The notes under the pieces were generated by a model, which made no database searches, was not told the origin of the DNA, and saw only the letters and a list, made by a program, of their open reading frames with translations. This document shows, piece by piece, positions 34,612-46,268 of a stretch of DNA of 64,000 nucleotides. This DNA comes from an uncultured Chloroflexia bacterium (GTDB taxonomy: Bacteria > Chloroflexota > Anaerolineae > CG2-30-64-16): NCBI GenBank assembly GCA_963810095.1, contig CAWEMM010000002.1:32001-96000 (forward strand), read 5' to 3'. Made by a program: the position numbers and the translations under genes. Positions within the stretch are counted from its first letter, which is position 1. Each line of letters begins with the position of its first letter.

Positions 34612-34914
34612 TTATCCCTTCAACAGGTTCATGTCTTCGATGTTGGTCGTATCTTTGTGCCGGATTACGGCCATGACGATCGCCAGGCCGATGGCAACTT
34701 CGGCGGCCGCGACGACCATGACCATCAGCACGAAGATCTGGCCGTGGATCTGGAGGAAATGGCGCGCGAGCGCGGCGAACGTCAGGTTCACCGCGTTGAG
34801 CATCATTTCCACCGACATGAAGATGATCAGCACGTTGCGCCGGAGCAGCACGCCCAGCGCGCCGATGGTAAACAGGACGGCGCTGAGCACCAGGTAGTAG
34901 GTGGTCGGGACCAT
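34612..34914 (-). CDS. nuoK: NADH-quinone oxidoreductase subunit K
   Basis: RRN...VEMMLNAVN, AAAEVAIGLA. Confidence 0.96.
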   Translation of the reverse strand: MVPTTYYLVLSAVLFTIGALGVLLRRNVLIIFMSVEMMLNAVNLTFAALARHFLQIHGQIFVLMVMVVAAAEVAIGLAIVMAVIRHKDTTNIEDMNLLKG

Positions 34915-35003
34915 AGACGGTTACTCTCTCGTATCTGTAGTGGCGACCCATGGTCGCCGCGGGCGAGCGCGGCTCACCCCTGCCAGGCTTGGCGCCACCG
35001 GTT

Positions 35004-35522
35004 TTACTTCTCCGGCGGCCGTGCCAGCACCACCGCGCCGATCATGCCGACCAGCAGCAGCACCGAGGCCAACTCGAACGGCAGGATGTAGTCGGTGTAG
35101 AGCACCGACCCGATGGCTTGCACGGTGCCCATGCCGAACGCGGCCACGTCGCCCGTCTGCGGGTAGAGTTGGCCCGACACGATTCCGTAGCCGACGCCCG
35201 CCAGCAGCAGCAGGCCCAGCACGACGGCCAGGATGCGCGACCAACCCAGGCGCTTCATGAACGGGCGGTTTGGATCGCGGATGTCGTTCAAGTCGCCGCC
35301 GCCCAGGAGCATGACGACGAAGAGGAACAGCACCACGATCGCGCCGGCGTAGACGATGACCTGCACCGCGGCCAGGAACTGTGCCTGGAGCATGACGTAC
35401 ATCGCGGCCAGGGACGCGAAGTTCGTCAGCAAGAACAGGGCGCTGTAGATCGGCCGCCTGCTGACGATCACGCCCACGGCTGCCACGATGGCGATGAGAC
35501 TGAACACGATGAATAAGAACAT
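35004..35522 (-). CDS. nuoJ: NADH-quinone oxidoreductase subunit J
   Basis: QVIVYAGAIVVLFLF, LPFELASVLLL; GGAGG RBS before ATG 35522. Confidence 0.94.
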   Translation of the reverse strand: MFLFIVFSLIAIVAAVGVIVSRRPIYSALFLLTNFASLAAMYVMLQAQFLAAVQVIVYAGAIVVLFLFVVMLLGGGDLNDIRDPNRPFMKRLGWSRILAVVLGLLLLAGVGYGIVSGQLYPQTGDVAAFGMGTVQAIGSVLYTDYILPFELASVLLLVGMIGAVVLARPPEK

Positions 35523-35544
35523 TCCTGCCTCCGGAAAGCCGTTC

Positions 35545-35596
35545 AACACAAAGGCACGAAGACACAACGCCTGATAGAACTTCGTGTCTTTGTGTT
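35545..35596. repeat. REP-like palindromic element (CACAAAG family), copy 5, nuoI-nuoJ gap
   Basis: AACACAAAGGCACGAAG...CTTCGTGTCTTTGTGTT. Confidence 0.8.
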
Positions 35597-35616
35597 AAGG
35601 GCTGCCGCTCGTGATG

Positions 35617-36087
35617 CTATTCTGCTCGCACAACCACGTTGGGCTGGGTGGGCTTAAGCAGCTCTTCTTTCGTCCACAGGAACCCTTCGCGGGTGTACGA
35701 AGCCGTCTCGAACTCGTGGCCGAGTACCACTGCCTCGACCGGGCAGGCCGTCTCGCAGTCGCCGCAGTAGATGCAGCGCAGGAGGTTCACTTCCCAGATC
35801 ATGGCGTAGCGTTCGCCCGGGCTCACAGGATGCTCGGGGTCGTTCTCCGCGGCTTCCACGTGAATGGCGTTCGTGGGGCAGGCCGCCTCGCACAACATGC
35901 AACCGATACACCGTTCCAGCCCGTTCTCGTAACGCCGTAGCTCATGCCGTCCCCGAAAGCGCGGGTACATGGGCACAGGCTGTTCGGGATATTGCCACGT
36001 CACCGGGCCCTTTACCAGGTTCTTGAAGGTGATGCCGAAACCCCTGACGATTTCGAAGACACCCCTAAAGGAATCGCTTACAGCCAT
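35617..36087 (-). CDS. nuoI: NADH-quinone oxidoreductase subunit I
   Basis: YPE..RFRGRH, CIGCMLCEAACP and CIYCGDCETACP. Confidence 0.96.
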   Translation of the reverse strand: MAVSDSFRGVFEIVRGFGITFKNLVKGPVTWQYPEQPVPMYPRFRGRHELRRYENGLERCIGCMLCEAACPTNAIHVEAAENDPEHPVSPGERYAMIWEVNLLRCIYCGDCETACPVEAVVLGHEFETASYTREGFLWTKEELLKPTQPNVVVRAE

Positions 36088-36109
36088 TACAGCACCTCAA
36101 ACAGTGCGC

Positions 36110-37135
36110 TCAGACGAGCGTCACAATCACGGCAGTCACGGCCAGGTAGACCAGCGCCACCGGGAAGAGCCAGGTCCAGCAGAACTTGAGCAGCTGATCG
36201 TACCGCGGGCGAGGCACAGCGGCGCTCGTCCAGATGAACAGGAAGATCAGGGCAATGACCTTGGCGACGAAGTACAGCGGGCCCAGGAACGGCAGTTGAT
36301 CGACGAACGGGCCGCGCCAGCCGCCGAAGAACACCGACACCGCGACGCCGCAGGCGCCGATAATGTGCAGGTACTCGGTCATGTAGAACAGGGCGAACTT
36401 GATGCTGCCGTACTCCGTCTGGAAGCCGGCCACCAACTCGTTCTCCGTTTCCGGGAAGTCGAACGGCTTGCGGCTGGTTTCGGCCAGCATGGTGATGAAG
36501 AAGAACGGGAACGCGATCCAGATCCACAGCCACAGCCAGATGGGCCGGTTCATTTCGACGATCTGGTTGAGGCTGAGCGTGCCGTAGCCGTCCTTCGTGC
36601 CCAGCGTCGTGGTCAGGACCAGCGCCAGCAGCAGCATGCCCATCGGCAGTTCGTAGGAGAGCATCTGCGCACTGGTGCGCAGCGCGCCGAGCAGCGAGTA
36701 CTTGTTGTTGCTGGCGTAACCGCCCAGGATGACGCCGTAGACGCCCACGCTCGCAACGGCCAACACCCACAGGAATCCGATGTTGACGTCGGCCACCTGC
36801 AGCGAGATCTGCCGGCCGAAGAGCGTAAAGCCGGGCCCCACCGGAACCACCGCAAAGATCAGGAGCGCCGGCGCGATGGCGAGTGCGGGCGCGATCACGT
36901 AAAGCAGCTTGTCGGCGCGGGCGGGGATGATCTCTTCCTTGAAAATCATCTTGAGCGCATCGGCGATAGGGTGACCCAGGCCGAACAGCCAGGCCCGGTT
37001 GGGCCCGATCCGCAGCTGAAAGCGGCCGATGAGCTTGCGCTCGAACCAGGTGGCGTATGCGAACCCGGTGAGCAGGATCACTACCAGGATGATTGACTTG
37101 ATCGCCGGGATCAGAATCAGGGTAATCCAGTCCAT
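36110..37135 (-). CDS. nuoH: NADH-quinone oxidoreductase subunit H
   Basis: ERKLIG...GPNR, ASNNKYSLLGALR, AETSRKPFDFPETENELVAGFQTEY. Confidence 0.96.
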   Translation of the reverse strand: MDWITLILIPAIKSIILVVILLTGFAYATWFERKLIGRFQLRIGPNRAWLFGLGHPIADALKMIFKEEIIPARADKLLYVIAPALAIAPALLIFAVVPVGPGFTLFGRQISLQVADVNIGFLWVLAVASVGVYGVILGGYASNNKYSLLGALRTSAQMLSYELPMGMLLLALVLTTTLGTKDGYGTLSLNQIVEMNRPIWLWLWIWIAFPFFFITMLAETSRKPFDFPETENELVAGFQTEYGSIKFALFYMTEYLHIIGACGVAVSVFFGGWRGPFVDQLPFLGPLYFVAKVIALIFLFIWTSAAVPRPRYDQLLKFCWTWLFPVALVYLAVTAVIVTLV

Positions 37136-37139
37136 GCCG

Positions 37140-39876
37140 CTACTCCGACGCCAAGCTGGCGAGTGGTGCGTGGTCGGCCGCTGTCACAGCGGGTGAAAGG
37201 GCTACGGAGACGCTCTCTCCGCGGCCGGCGCCGAGGGTTTCTGCGGGAAGCCCGGGCAACCCGAACGGGATCCAGGCCGTACCCGCCTGCACGGAAGCAT
37301 CGGCGCGCAGCGCAACGCTGACGCTGCCCAGCGCGGAGGTGATCGTCACCTGGCTGCCTTCAGCCAACCGCACTGCAGCGAGGTCACCCGGGTTCAGGGC
37401 CACGAACGGCGCCGGCAGCCGGTCACGCAGCTGGGCTGCGGCGTGCTGCATGAGCGTTCCGCCGTCCCACAGCCACGGACCGCCGGTTAGTGTGAACTGC
37501 CCGGCTGGCGCGGCTGCGACCGGCTGCACGTCGAGCGGCTCGAACCGCCGCGGGGGGCGAACCAGCGCGCTCGCCGGCCATTGCAGGCCCTGATCGGTCA
37601 GGTTCTCCCAACGCAGCGCGCCGTAGACGGGCACGGCCTTGCTGATCTCTTCCAGCACGGCCTGGGCCGTCTGGTAGCTCCACGGCTTCGGCGCGGGCGC
37701 GCCCTTGGCGGCCGTTCGCGCGCGTTTCTTGCGCTTCCAGTCGGGCACACCGTCGGCCGGAGCCTGCGGACAGCGTGCGCCGTGGCCTGCACGGCGATCC
37801 AGCGCTCCGCGAGCAGCGTCATCACGGCCCAGCCGGGCAGGGAGTTCTGGATCGAATCGATGGCGTCGGGCGCGCGCTGCACCCTTCGCTCGAGGTTGGT
37901 ATACGTGCCGTTCGTCTCGGCCCAGGTCGTTGCGGGCAGGACGACGTGCGCCAGTTTCGCGGTCTCGGTGAGGAACAGGTCTTGCACGACGAGAAAGTCG
38001 AGCTGACGCAACGCCTCGGCCGTCTTCGGCGACGCTGCCGGGTCGGCTTCCATTACGAACAGCCCGCGCACGCCGCCGTCCAGCATCTGCTGGTACGTCT
38101 GGCCCGGCTCGGCCGGCGGCTGCACGCCCCACAGCTTGCCCAAGCCGGTCGCGCACGCCGGCCTCGCCCACCGGCAGGTGGCCCGGCAAGCTATCGGCCA
38201 CGACGCCCATGTCGCGCAGGCCCTGCCCGTTCGCCTCGTGCCCGACGTAGGCGAGCTTGTCGCCCGCGCCGAGCAGCACCGCCACGTTACCCAGGGCCGC
38301 CAGGGTTTGCCGGCCGCGCTCGCCCCGGGCCGCGTCGGGCCCGTAGATGAAGAGCGGCGCCTTGGCGGCGAGCAAGGTATCGACCGCCGCGGCGATGTCG
38401 GGCCGTGGCGCGCAGCGTCAGCGCCACCGCGCCCGCGGGCTGAGCCGGCCGGCTCGTCGCGGCGGGCTGGGGTCTAGGTCCGCGGGCCGCGCCCGGCTCG
38501 GGCTTCTGAGCCTGTGCCTGGCTGGCTTTCTTCGTCTGCAGGGCCGCGGCCAGCTCGCTCAACGCCAGTGCTTCGTCGCCGGGCCGGGCTGAGATGAAAA
38601 CGCTGCCGCTCACCCGCGGGTCGTCGACATAGCGTGCCGCCTCGATCTTGCGAGGGTTGATGATGACCAGTTTCGCGCTCTTGCGGCGCACCGCCCGCTT
38701 GATATGCAGATCGAGCACCGGTGCGGCCTCGCTGGGGTCGAACCCTACGAGCACAATCACGTCGCTCTTGGCGATGTCGGCGATGGCGGGCAGCCCGGTT
38801 GGCAGCGCCGCCACCGACGCGCCCTCGGAGAAGTCCACGTTGTTCGTGCCCACGAGGGTGCGGAAGAATTTCTGGAGCAGGTAGCCCGACTCGTTCGAGA
38901 CGCGGCCGGCCGCAATGCCGCCTACGGCGTTGGGCCCCTTCTGTTCTGCGAGCGCTTCAAAGCCTTCGACGACTGCCGCAATCGCTTCCTGCCAGGTGGC
39001 CTCGCGCAGTTGGCCGCCTTGCCGGATCATCGGCGACTTCAGGCGCCCCGGATGGTCCACGTGCTGGTGCAGGAACCGGCCCTTGTCGCAGATCCACTCG
39101 TCGTTGACGGCCATGTTCTCGCGTGCGACGATCCGGCGCAGCGTGTGCACACGTTCGTCAAGCCGTACGTTGCAGCCGACCGGGCAGTGCGTGCAGACAC
39201 TTGGCGTCCGGCGCAGCTCCCACGGCCGGTAGCGGAAACGGGCCACCCGGTTGGTCAGCGCGCCCACGGGGCAGATGTCGATGATGCTGCCCGACGTCTT
39301 CGCATCGACCGGCTTGCCGGGGAACACGTCGATGATCGTCTCGCCCCCGCGCTCGAACAGGCCGATCTGGGGCTTATCTTCCCACTCTTCCAGGTAACGG
39401 ATGCAGCGCCAGCACAGAATGCAGCGCTCCTGGTCCAACATGATCAGGTCGCTGATCGGGTAGTGCTTCTGCTTGCGCCGCTTGACCTCTACGAACTTGC
39501 TCGCGCCGGGACCGTACTCCATCGTATTGTCCTGTAGCGGGCACTCGCCGCCCTTGTCGCAAATGGGGCAGTCGAGCGGGTGATTGATCAGGATGAAGCC
39601 CAGCACGGCTTCGCGCGCCTGCTGGACCTGCTCGCTGTCCGTCCGGACCGCCATCCCCTCGTTGACGCGCACGGTGCAGGCGGTGTCGAGGCGGCTGCCG
39701 CGCGGGCCCGGAAACTCGACCAGGCACATGCGGCACGCACCGAGCGGGTCCAGCTTAGGATGCGAGCAGAAGATCGGGATGTCGACGCCGGCGGCTTTGG
39801 CCGCGTCGATCACCAGCGTCCCTGCCGGGACCTGGACCTTGATGTCATTGATGGTCACGTTGACCAAATCAGCCAT
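37140..39876 (-). CDS. nuoG: NADH-quinone oxidoreductase subunit G (frameshifts ~38400, ~38140, ~37760)
   Basis: IPIFCSHP..GACRMCLVE, NHPLDCPICDKGGECPLQ, RCILCWRC, CPVGAL, N7 motif CTHCPVGC...ICDKGRF; molybdopterin-oxidoreductase-like C-terminal part. Confidence 0.9.
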
Positions 39877-39916
39877 AGAAAACCTCAGTTGCTCAATGCG
39901 CTAGCGTTTGCACTGG

Positions 39917-40318
39917 CTAGTACGGTTGAATCACCTGTAAGCCGGAAACCGGTTCGAAATGACGCACGTTGCGCGTGTACACGACGAGGTCATGTTCGAT
40001 AGCCGTAGCCGCGATGAGGGCGTCCGGTATGGCAAGGCCGTGGCCCAGGAACAGCGCCTCGATGAGACGGTATGCGGTCTGAGATGCCGGGCCACTAACC
40101 GGCAGCACCATCACCTCATTCAGCATCCGTTGAACCTGGCGCAACTCGCCCGTAGCGCGGCATCCCCGGATGAGCTCCATGGCGGAAATGATGCTGATGC
40201 GGACGGCATCGGCAGCATATCGCTCGGTCAGGAACTGCTTTGCTTCTGCGACGCCACGGGCGCTGTCTACCAGGACGTCAGTGTCGATCAGTCCTGCCGG
40301 TCTGAGCGTGTCTCCCAT
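39917..40318 (-). CDS. vapC: PIN-domain VapC-family toxin
   Basis: LIDTDVLVD, SAMEL..G, IPDALIAATA, TRNVRHF. Confidence 0.88.
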   Translation of the reverse strand: MGDTLRPAGLIDTDVLVDSARGVAEAKQFLTERYAADAVRISIISAMELIRGCRATGELRQVQRMLNEVMVLPVSGPASQTAYRLIEALFLGHGLAIPDALIAATAIEHDLVVYTRNVRHFEPVSGLQVIQPY

Positions 40319-40548
40319 TTGACTCTTTCCTCGCGAACCCATGCCGCCCCGTCGCGCATATCGGTTCGATCGGCCCACATGCCGAAGAACGCCAGATTTG
40401 AGAACGCCTCGCCGGCTTCGCGCTGAGATCGCTCTGCATCTTCGACCGTTTCGACCCGCACGTAAACCTCAGTGCCGTCCGGATAACCCAGGTTCTTCGG
40501 AAAGATGATGCTCTTGCCTTTGATCTTCCCTCGCTCTATCGCCGTCAT
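40288..40548 (-). CDS. Putative antitoxin, overlapping the PIN gene
   Basis: 86 aa; beta-rich N-terminus 'GKIKGKSIIF..YPDGTEVYVRV', C-terminal 'FFGMWADRTDM...WVREER' typical of PIN-associated antitoxins. Confidence 0.75.
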   Translation of the reverse strand: MTAIERGKIKGKSIIFPKNLGYPDGTEVYVRVETVEDAERSQREAGEAFSNLAFFGMWADRTDMRDGAAWVREERVKWETRSDRQD

Positions 40549-40580
40549 CGCTCGCTCTCCCTACCACTCCACACCGGTCC

Positions 40581-42521
40581 TTATCGCTTCACCGTCGGCT
40601 GGTTGAACTTCTCTTCCTGGGGCAGCGCCGGCGACGTCACGCCCGACGGCACGCCGGGATCGGGCCGGTAGACCGGCCGGATCGGGATGACGGGCTGCTG
40701 GTGGGCGCCGGCAATCGCCTGTTCGAACTCGGGCCGGAACTTGGCCAGGTTACTCTGCAGGCCCCAGACCGCCGCGAACGAGAACGGGCAGAAGCTCTTG
40801 CCGGCGATCATATCCGCGATGTAGAGCATCAGCCCGATGTCGTCGGTCTTGCCCTCGCCGCGCTCCACCCGCTCCAGGATATCCTCCAGCCAGCCCGTGC
40901 CCTCGCGACACGGCGTGCACTTGCCGCAGCTCTCTTCCCGGTAGAACGACAAGGTCCGCCGGGCCACTTCCACCATGCTCTGGTTCTTGCCGATGACGAT
41001 GACCGCGGCCGCGCCCAGGCTCGAGCCCTGCTTGGCGACGGCGTCGAAGTCCATCGGCGTATCGATCTGGTTCTCGTCAAGCAACTGCATGGACAGGCCA
41101 CCCGGCACCACCGCCTTCAGGCCCTCGGCCTCATCCGTCAGGCCACCGCCCCACTCGTAAATCAGCTCGCGCAGTGTGACGCCGTGCGGCAGTTCATACA
41201 GGCCGGGCTTCTGCACCTGTCCGCTCACGCAGTAGATGCGGAAGCCGGTGCTGTTGGGGGTGCCCCACTGCTTGTACCAGTCCGCGCCGCTCTTCAGCAC
41301 GTGCGGCACGTTGCTGATGGTCTCGACGTTGTTGACGATGGTCGGCTTGCTGTACAGGCCGGCGACCGCGGGGAAGGGCGGCTTGAGCCGCGGATGGCCG
41401 CGGTAGCCTTCGAGCGAGGTCAACTCCGCGGTCTCTTCGCCGCACTCGTATGCGCCCGCGCCCCGGTGCACCACGATCTTGAGCTTCTTTCCGGTCCCGC
41501 CCGCGCCGCGGTCGGCGAATAGGTTGTCGCCCAGGATGCCGCGGGCCTCGGCCTCCGCGATGGCGCCCATCAGGCGCTCGGCCGCAAAGTAATACTCGCC
41601 GCGCACGTAGATGAACGCGCGCTCGGCCTCGATCGCATAGCACGCCAGGATGATCCCCTCGAGGAGCTGGTGGGGGTCGTATTCCATGATCATGCGGTCT
41701 TTGAACGTGCCCGGCTCGGACTCGTCCGCGTTGACGACCAGGTAGCGGGGGTACACGCCCTGCGGGATGAAGCTCCACTTTTGCCCTGCGGAGAAGCCGG
41801 CGCCGCCGCGCCCGCGCACGTTCGCCGCCTTCATCTCGTCGATGACCTGGGCCGGCGTCTTGCCGCCGCTGAGCACCGCCCGAGCGGTCTCGTAGCCGCC
41901 GTCCTCGAGGTAGGAGTCGAGCGTGTGCGAGTTCGGTTTGTCCACCCGCCCCAGCAGGAAGTTCGTGTCGGGCCGGCCACCATGCCGGTAGGGACCGGTG
42001 GGCCAGCGCTCCGTCGTGTCAAACCCCTGGCCCGAGCCGATCAGCGCCAGCGCCTCGTCCAGCTTTTCGGGCGTGTCCAGTTCCTCGAAGTACCGGATCT
42101 TCTGCGTCTTCTTCTCGGTGCACATGAACATGGGCGCGGTCGCGCAGGCGCCCAGGCATTCGACGTGGCCTAGCGTGAACTTGCCGTCCGGGGTGGTTTC
42201 CCCGAAGGGAATCCCGAGCCGCTCCTCGAGCATCTTCGTGAGCTTGCTCGACCCGCGCAGCATGCACGGGACGTTGTCGCAGACTTCGATCGTGTATTCG
42301 CCCGGCTCGTGATGGACGTTATACATATGGTAGAAGCTGGCGAATTCGCCCACTTCCGCCTCGTCCAGCCCAAAGAGCGCGCCCACCTCGGCCATGACCC
42401 CCGACGGCAGCCAGCCGTTCTCCCGCTGGGCGACGTAAAGTGCCGGCCCCAGCGCGGAGCGGGGAACGGGATAACGGGCCTGAAGCGCCCGGATTTCAGC
42501 AATAGCGTTTTCCGATAGCAC
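40581..42521 (-). CDS. nuoEF: Fused NADH-quinone oxidoreductase subunits E and F
   Basis: NuoE CDNVPC...CLGAC in frame with NuoF RGRGGAGF, NADESEPGT, GAGAYECGEE, ESCGKCTPCREG. Confidence 0.93.
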   Translation of the reverse strand: MLSENAIAEIRALQARYPVPRSALGPALYVAQRENGWLPSGVMAEVGALFGLDEAEVGEFASFYHMYNVHHEPGEYTIEVCDNVPCMLRGSSKLTKMLEERLGIPFGETTPDGKFTLGHVECLGACATAPMFMCTEKKTQKIRYFEELDTPEKLDEALALIGSGQGFDTTERWPTGPYRHGGRPDTNFLLGRVDKPNSHTLDSYLEDGGYETARAVLSGGKTPAQVIDEMKAANVRGRGGAGFSAGQKWSFIPQGVYPRYLVVNADESEPGTFKDRMIMEYDPHQLLEGIILACYAIEAERAFIYVRGEYYFAAERLMGAIAEAEARGILGDNLFADRGAGGTGKKLKIVVHRGAGAYECGEETAELTSLEGYRGHPRLKPPFPAVAGLYSKPTIVNNVETISNVPHVLKSGADWYKQWGTPNSTGFRIYCVSGQVQKPGLYELPHGVTLRELIYEWGGGLTDEAEGLKAVVPGGLSMQLLDENQIDTPMDFDAVAKQGSSLGAAAVIVIGKNQSMVEVARRTLSFYREESCGKCTPCREGTGWLEDILERVERGEGKTDDIGLMLYIADMIAGKSFCPFSFAAVWGLQSNLAKFRPEFEQAIAGAHQQPVIPIRPVYRPDPGVPSGVTSPALPQEEKFNQPTVKR

Positions 42522-42555
42522 GTAGTCCTCCGTGGGACCGGGGTCAGCTTACATG

Positions 42556-42614
42556 AAGAACCAAAGAACTCACTCGGCACGAAGGTTTGCGGACTTCGTG
42601 AACCTCTGGTTCTT
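42556..42614. repeat. Degenerate REP-like palindrome, nuoCD-nuoEF gap
   Basis: AAGAACCAAAG..CACGAAG...CTTCGTG..CTCTGGTTCTT. Confidence 0.5.
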
Positions 42615-42638
42615 TGATGCTTCCTGTAGAAGCGGCCC

Positions 42639-44450
<1,812 letters not shown>

Positions 44451-44453
44451 GCT

Positions 44454-45041
44454 TTACCTCGCAGCCCCGCGCGGCGCGCCGTTGGCCGGCTCCGCCAGCT
44501 TGACATCCACCGGGCTCGCGACCGGCTCGCGCAGCGGATTCACCGCGTCGATGCGGCTGTACTTGCGATCGCGGAACCGTTCCTTCTGGATCTTCTGCTG
44601 CAGCAGTGTCAGGCCGTACAGCAGCGCCTCGGGCCGCGGCGGGCAGCCGGGGATGTAGACGTCGACCGGCAGGATCTTGTCTACGCCCTGCACGATAGCA
44701 TAATTATTGAAGGGCCCGCCCGCGCTGGCGCAGATGCCCATCGCAATGACCCACTTGGGCTCGAGCATCTGGTCGTAAATGCGCTTGATGACCGGGGCCA
44801 TTTTCTGGCTTACTCGGCCGGAGACAATCAGCAAATCGGCCTGCCGCGGCGAAGCACGGAAAACCTCGGAGCCGAACCGGGCAATATCGAAACGGCTCCC
44901 GCCGGCCGCGATCTGTTCGATCGCACAGCAGGCGAGGCCGAATGTCAGCGGAAAGATGGACCACTTGCGGCCCCAATTGACCGCGTTTTCCAGAGTCGTC
45001 GTAACAAAGCCCTCATCGGGCAGTTTTTCTTCCAGACCCAT
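44454..45041 (-). CDS. nuoB: NADH-quinone oxidoreductase subunit B
   Basis: [32 protein letters not shown]. Confidence 0.97.
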   Translation of the reverse strand: MGLEEKLPDEGFVTTTLENAVNWGRKWSIFPLTFGLACCAIEQIAAGGSRFDIARFGSEVFRASPRQADLLIVSGRVSQKMAPVIKRIYDQMLEPKWVIAMGICASAGGPFNNYAIVQGVDKILPVDVYIPGCPPRPEALLYGLTLLQQKIQKERFRDRKYSRIDAVNPLREPVASPVDVKLAEPANGAPRGAAR

Positions 45042-45081
45042 TACTCACACTCCGCCAATGTGGCTGCGCCGAACCCGCACC

Positions 45082-45438
45082 TTACTGCCACTTGAACGCG
45101 TCGTTCTTCCACGCGTAGACAAACCCAACGAGCAGAATCACGACGAAAATCGCCATTTCGATGAGCCCAAACAATCCGAGCTTGCGGGCGGCCACGGCCC
45201 ACGGATACATCAGGATGACCTCGACATCGAACAGGATGAAGAGGACCGCCACCAGGTAGAACTGGACCGGGAAGCGGCGCTGGGCGTCGCCGAAGGGCAG
45301 GATGCCCGACTCGTACGGCTCGTCCTTCGCCGAGTTGCGGCGACGAGGGCCCAATAGAGCCGACACCCCGAGCGCGATGGCGGCAAAGCCAAACGCGACG
45401 ACGACCATGACGAGGATCGGGAGATAGCCTTCTGGCAT
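45082..45438 (-). CDS. nuoA: NADH-quinone oxidoreductase subunit A
   Basis: PYESG, FILFDVEV, YAWK..W; GGAG before ATG 45438. Confidence 0.95.
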   Translation of the reverse strand: MPEGYLPILVMVVVAFGFAAIALGVSALLGPRRRNSAKDEPYESGILPFGDAQRRFPVQFYLVAVLFILFDVEVILMYPWAVAARKLGLFGLIEMAIFVVILLVGFVYAWKNDAFKWQ

Positions 45439-45540
45439 GACGGACTCCGCAAAAATCGGATTGCTCGACAACCACCTCAGCCGGCAGCGCGCGGGTCATG
45501 CCGGCGTCAACGACTCAACCCGGCGGGCGCGCGTTGGCGA

Positions 45541-45570
45541 AGTCTATCACGAACGGCGTTTCGTTGTCAA
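45541..45570 (-). promoter_or_regulatory. Promoter for the complete nuo operon
   Basis: Minus strand TTGACA, 18-nt spacer, TGa-TAGACT. Confidence 0.65.
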
Positions 45571-45615
45571 AAGAGTCCCGCAAAAGCCCCCTCCGTTGAT
45601 ACCAAAGGCCACATT

Positions 45616-45752
45616 TTGTGTGTGACGTCCGGTACAGTATAATGGCGCAGGCCGCAGCGGCCCGGATCCCTCTGGGAGCCGCGCGGATACATTCACTGAA
45701 TCGCTGGCTTTGCGTTCTATATGCCGTCGTGCTACAATGCCGCGGCATTGTA
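45616..45752 (+). promoter_or_regulatory. Candidate promoters and palindromic operator for the second nuo operon
   Basis: TTGTGT-16-TATAAT (45616-45643); TTGCGT-17-TACAAT (45710-45738); perfect palindrome TACAATGCCGCGGCATTGTA (45733-45752). Confidence 0.55.
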
Positions 45753-45910
45753 CGATGCTGTGGCATCTAGGGGTGCCGAAGTATCATCTGATGCGGTTGC
45801 ATTGCACCGGGGTTTCTCCTAAAACCTCTTCCCGGCGCGACTACTGATAGAACGGCCATCACCGCAGCGCTCCCGTAGCTGGGCGCGCGCGGCCCAAAGG
45901 AGGGTTGACC

Positions 45911-46267
45911 GTGCTCTCGCAGTACGCTTTTATCGCCATTTTCGCTGTTATCGCCTTCGCGCTGCCCGTCATTGGCCTCGTCATGTCCTGGCTGATCCGC
46001 CCCAAAAAGCCCAATCCCGCAAAGAACGCTACTTACGAATGCGGCATGGAAACCATCGGCGACACCTGGGTCCAGTTTAAGGCGCAGTATTATCTTTACG
46101 CGCTCGTCTTTGTCGTCTTTGACGTCGAAGCGATTTTCGTCTTTCCCTGGGCGGTTGCCTACAACAAGCTCGGGTTGTACGCGCTGGTGGAGATGGTGCT
46201 CTTCGTCGCGATTCTGCTTGGCGGCCTGCTCTATGCGTGGCAGAAGAAAGCGCTGGAGTGGCATTGA
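45911..46267 (+). CDS. nuoA: NADH-quinone oxidoreductase subunit A (second copy)
   Basis: [29 protein letters not shown]; GGGAGG RBS before GTG. Confidence 0.94.
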   Translation: MLSQYAFIAIFAVIAFALPVIGLVMSWLIRPKKPNPAKNATYECGMETIGDTWVQFKAQYYLYALVFVVFDVEAIFVFPWAVAYNKLGLYALVEMVLFVAILLGGLLYAWQKKALEWH

Positions 46268-46268
46268 T

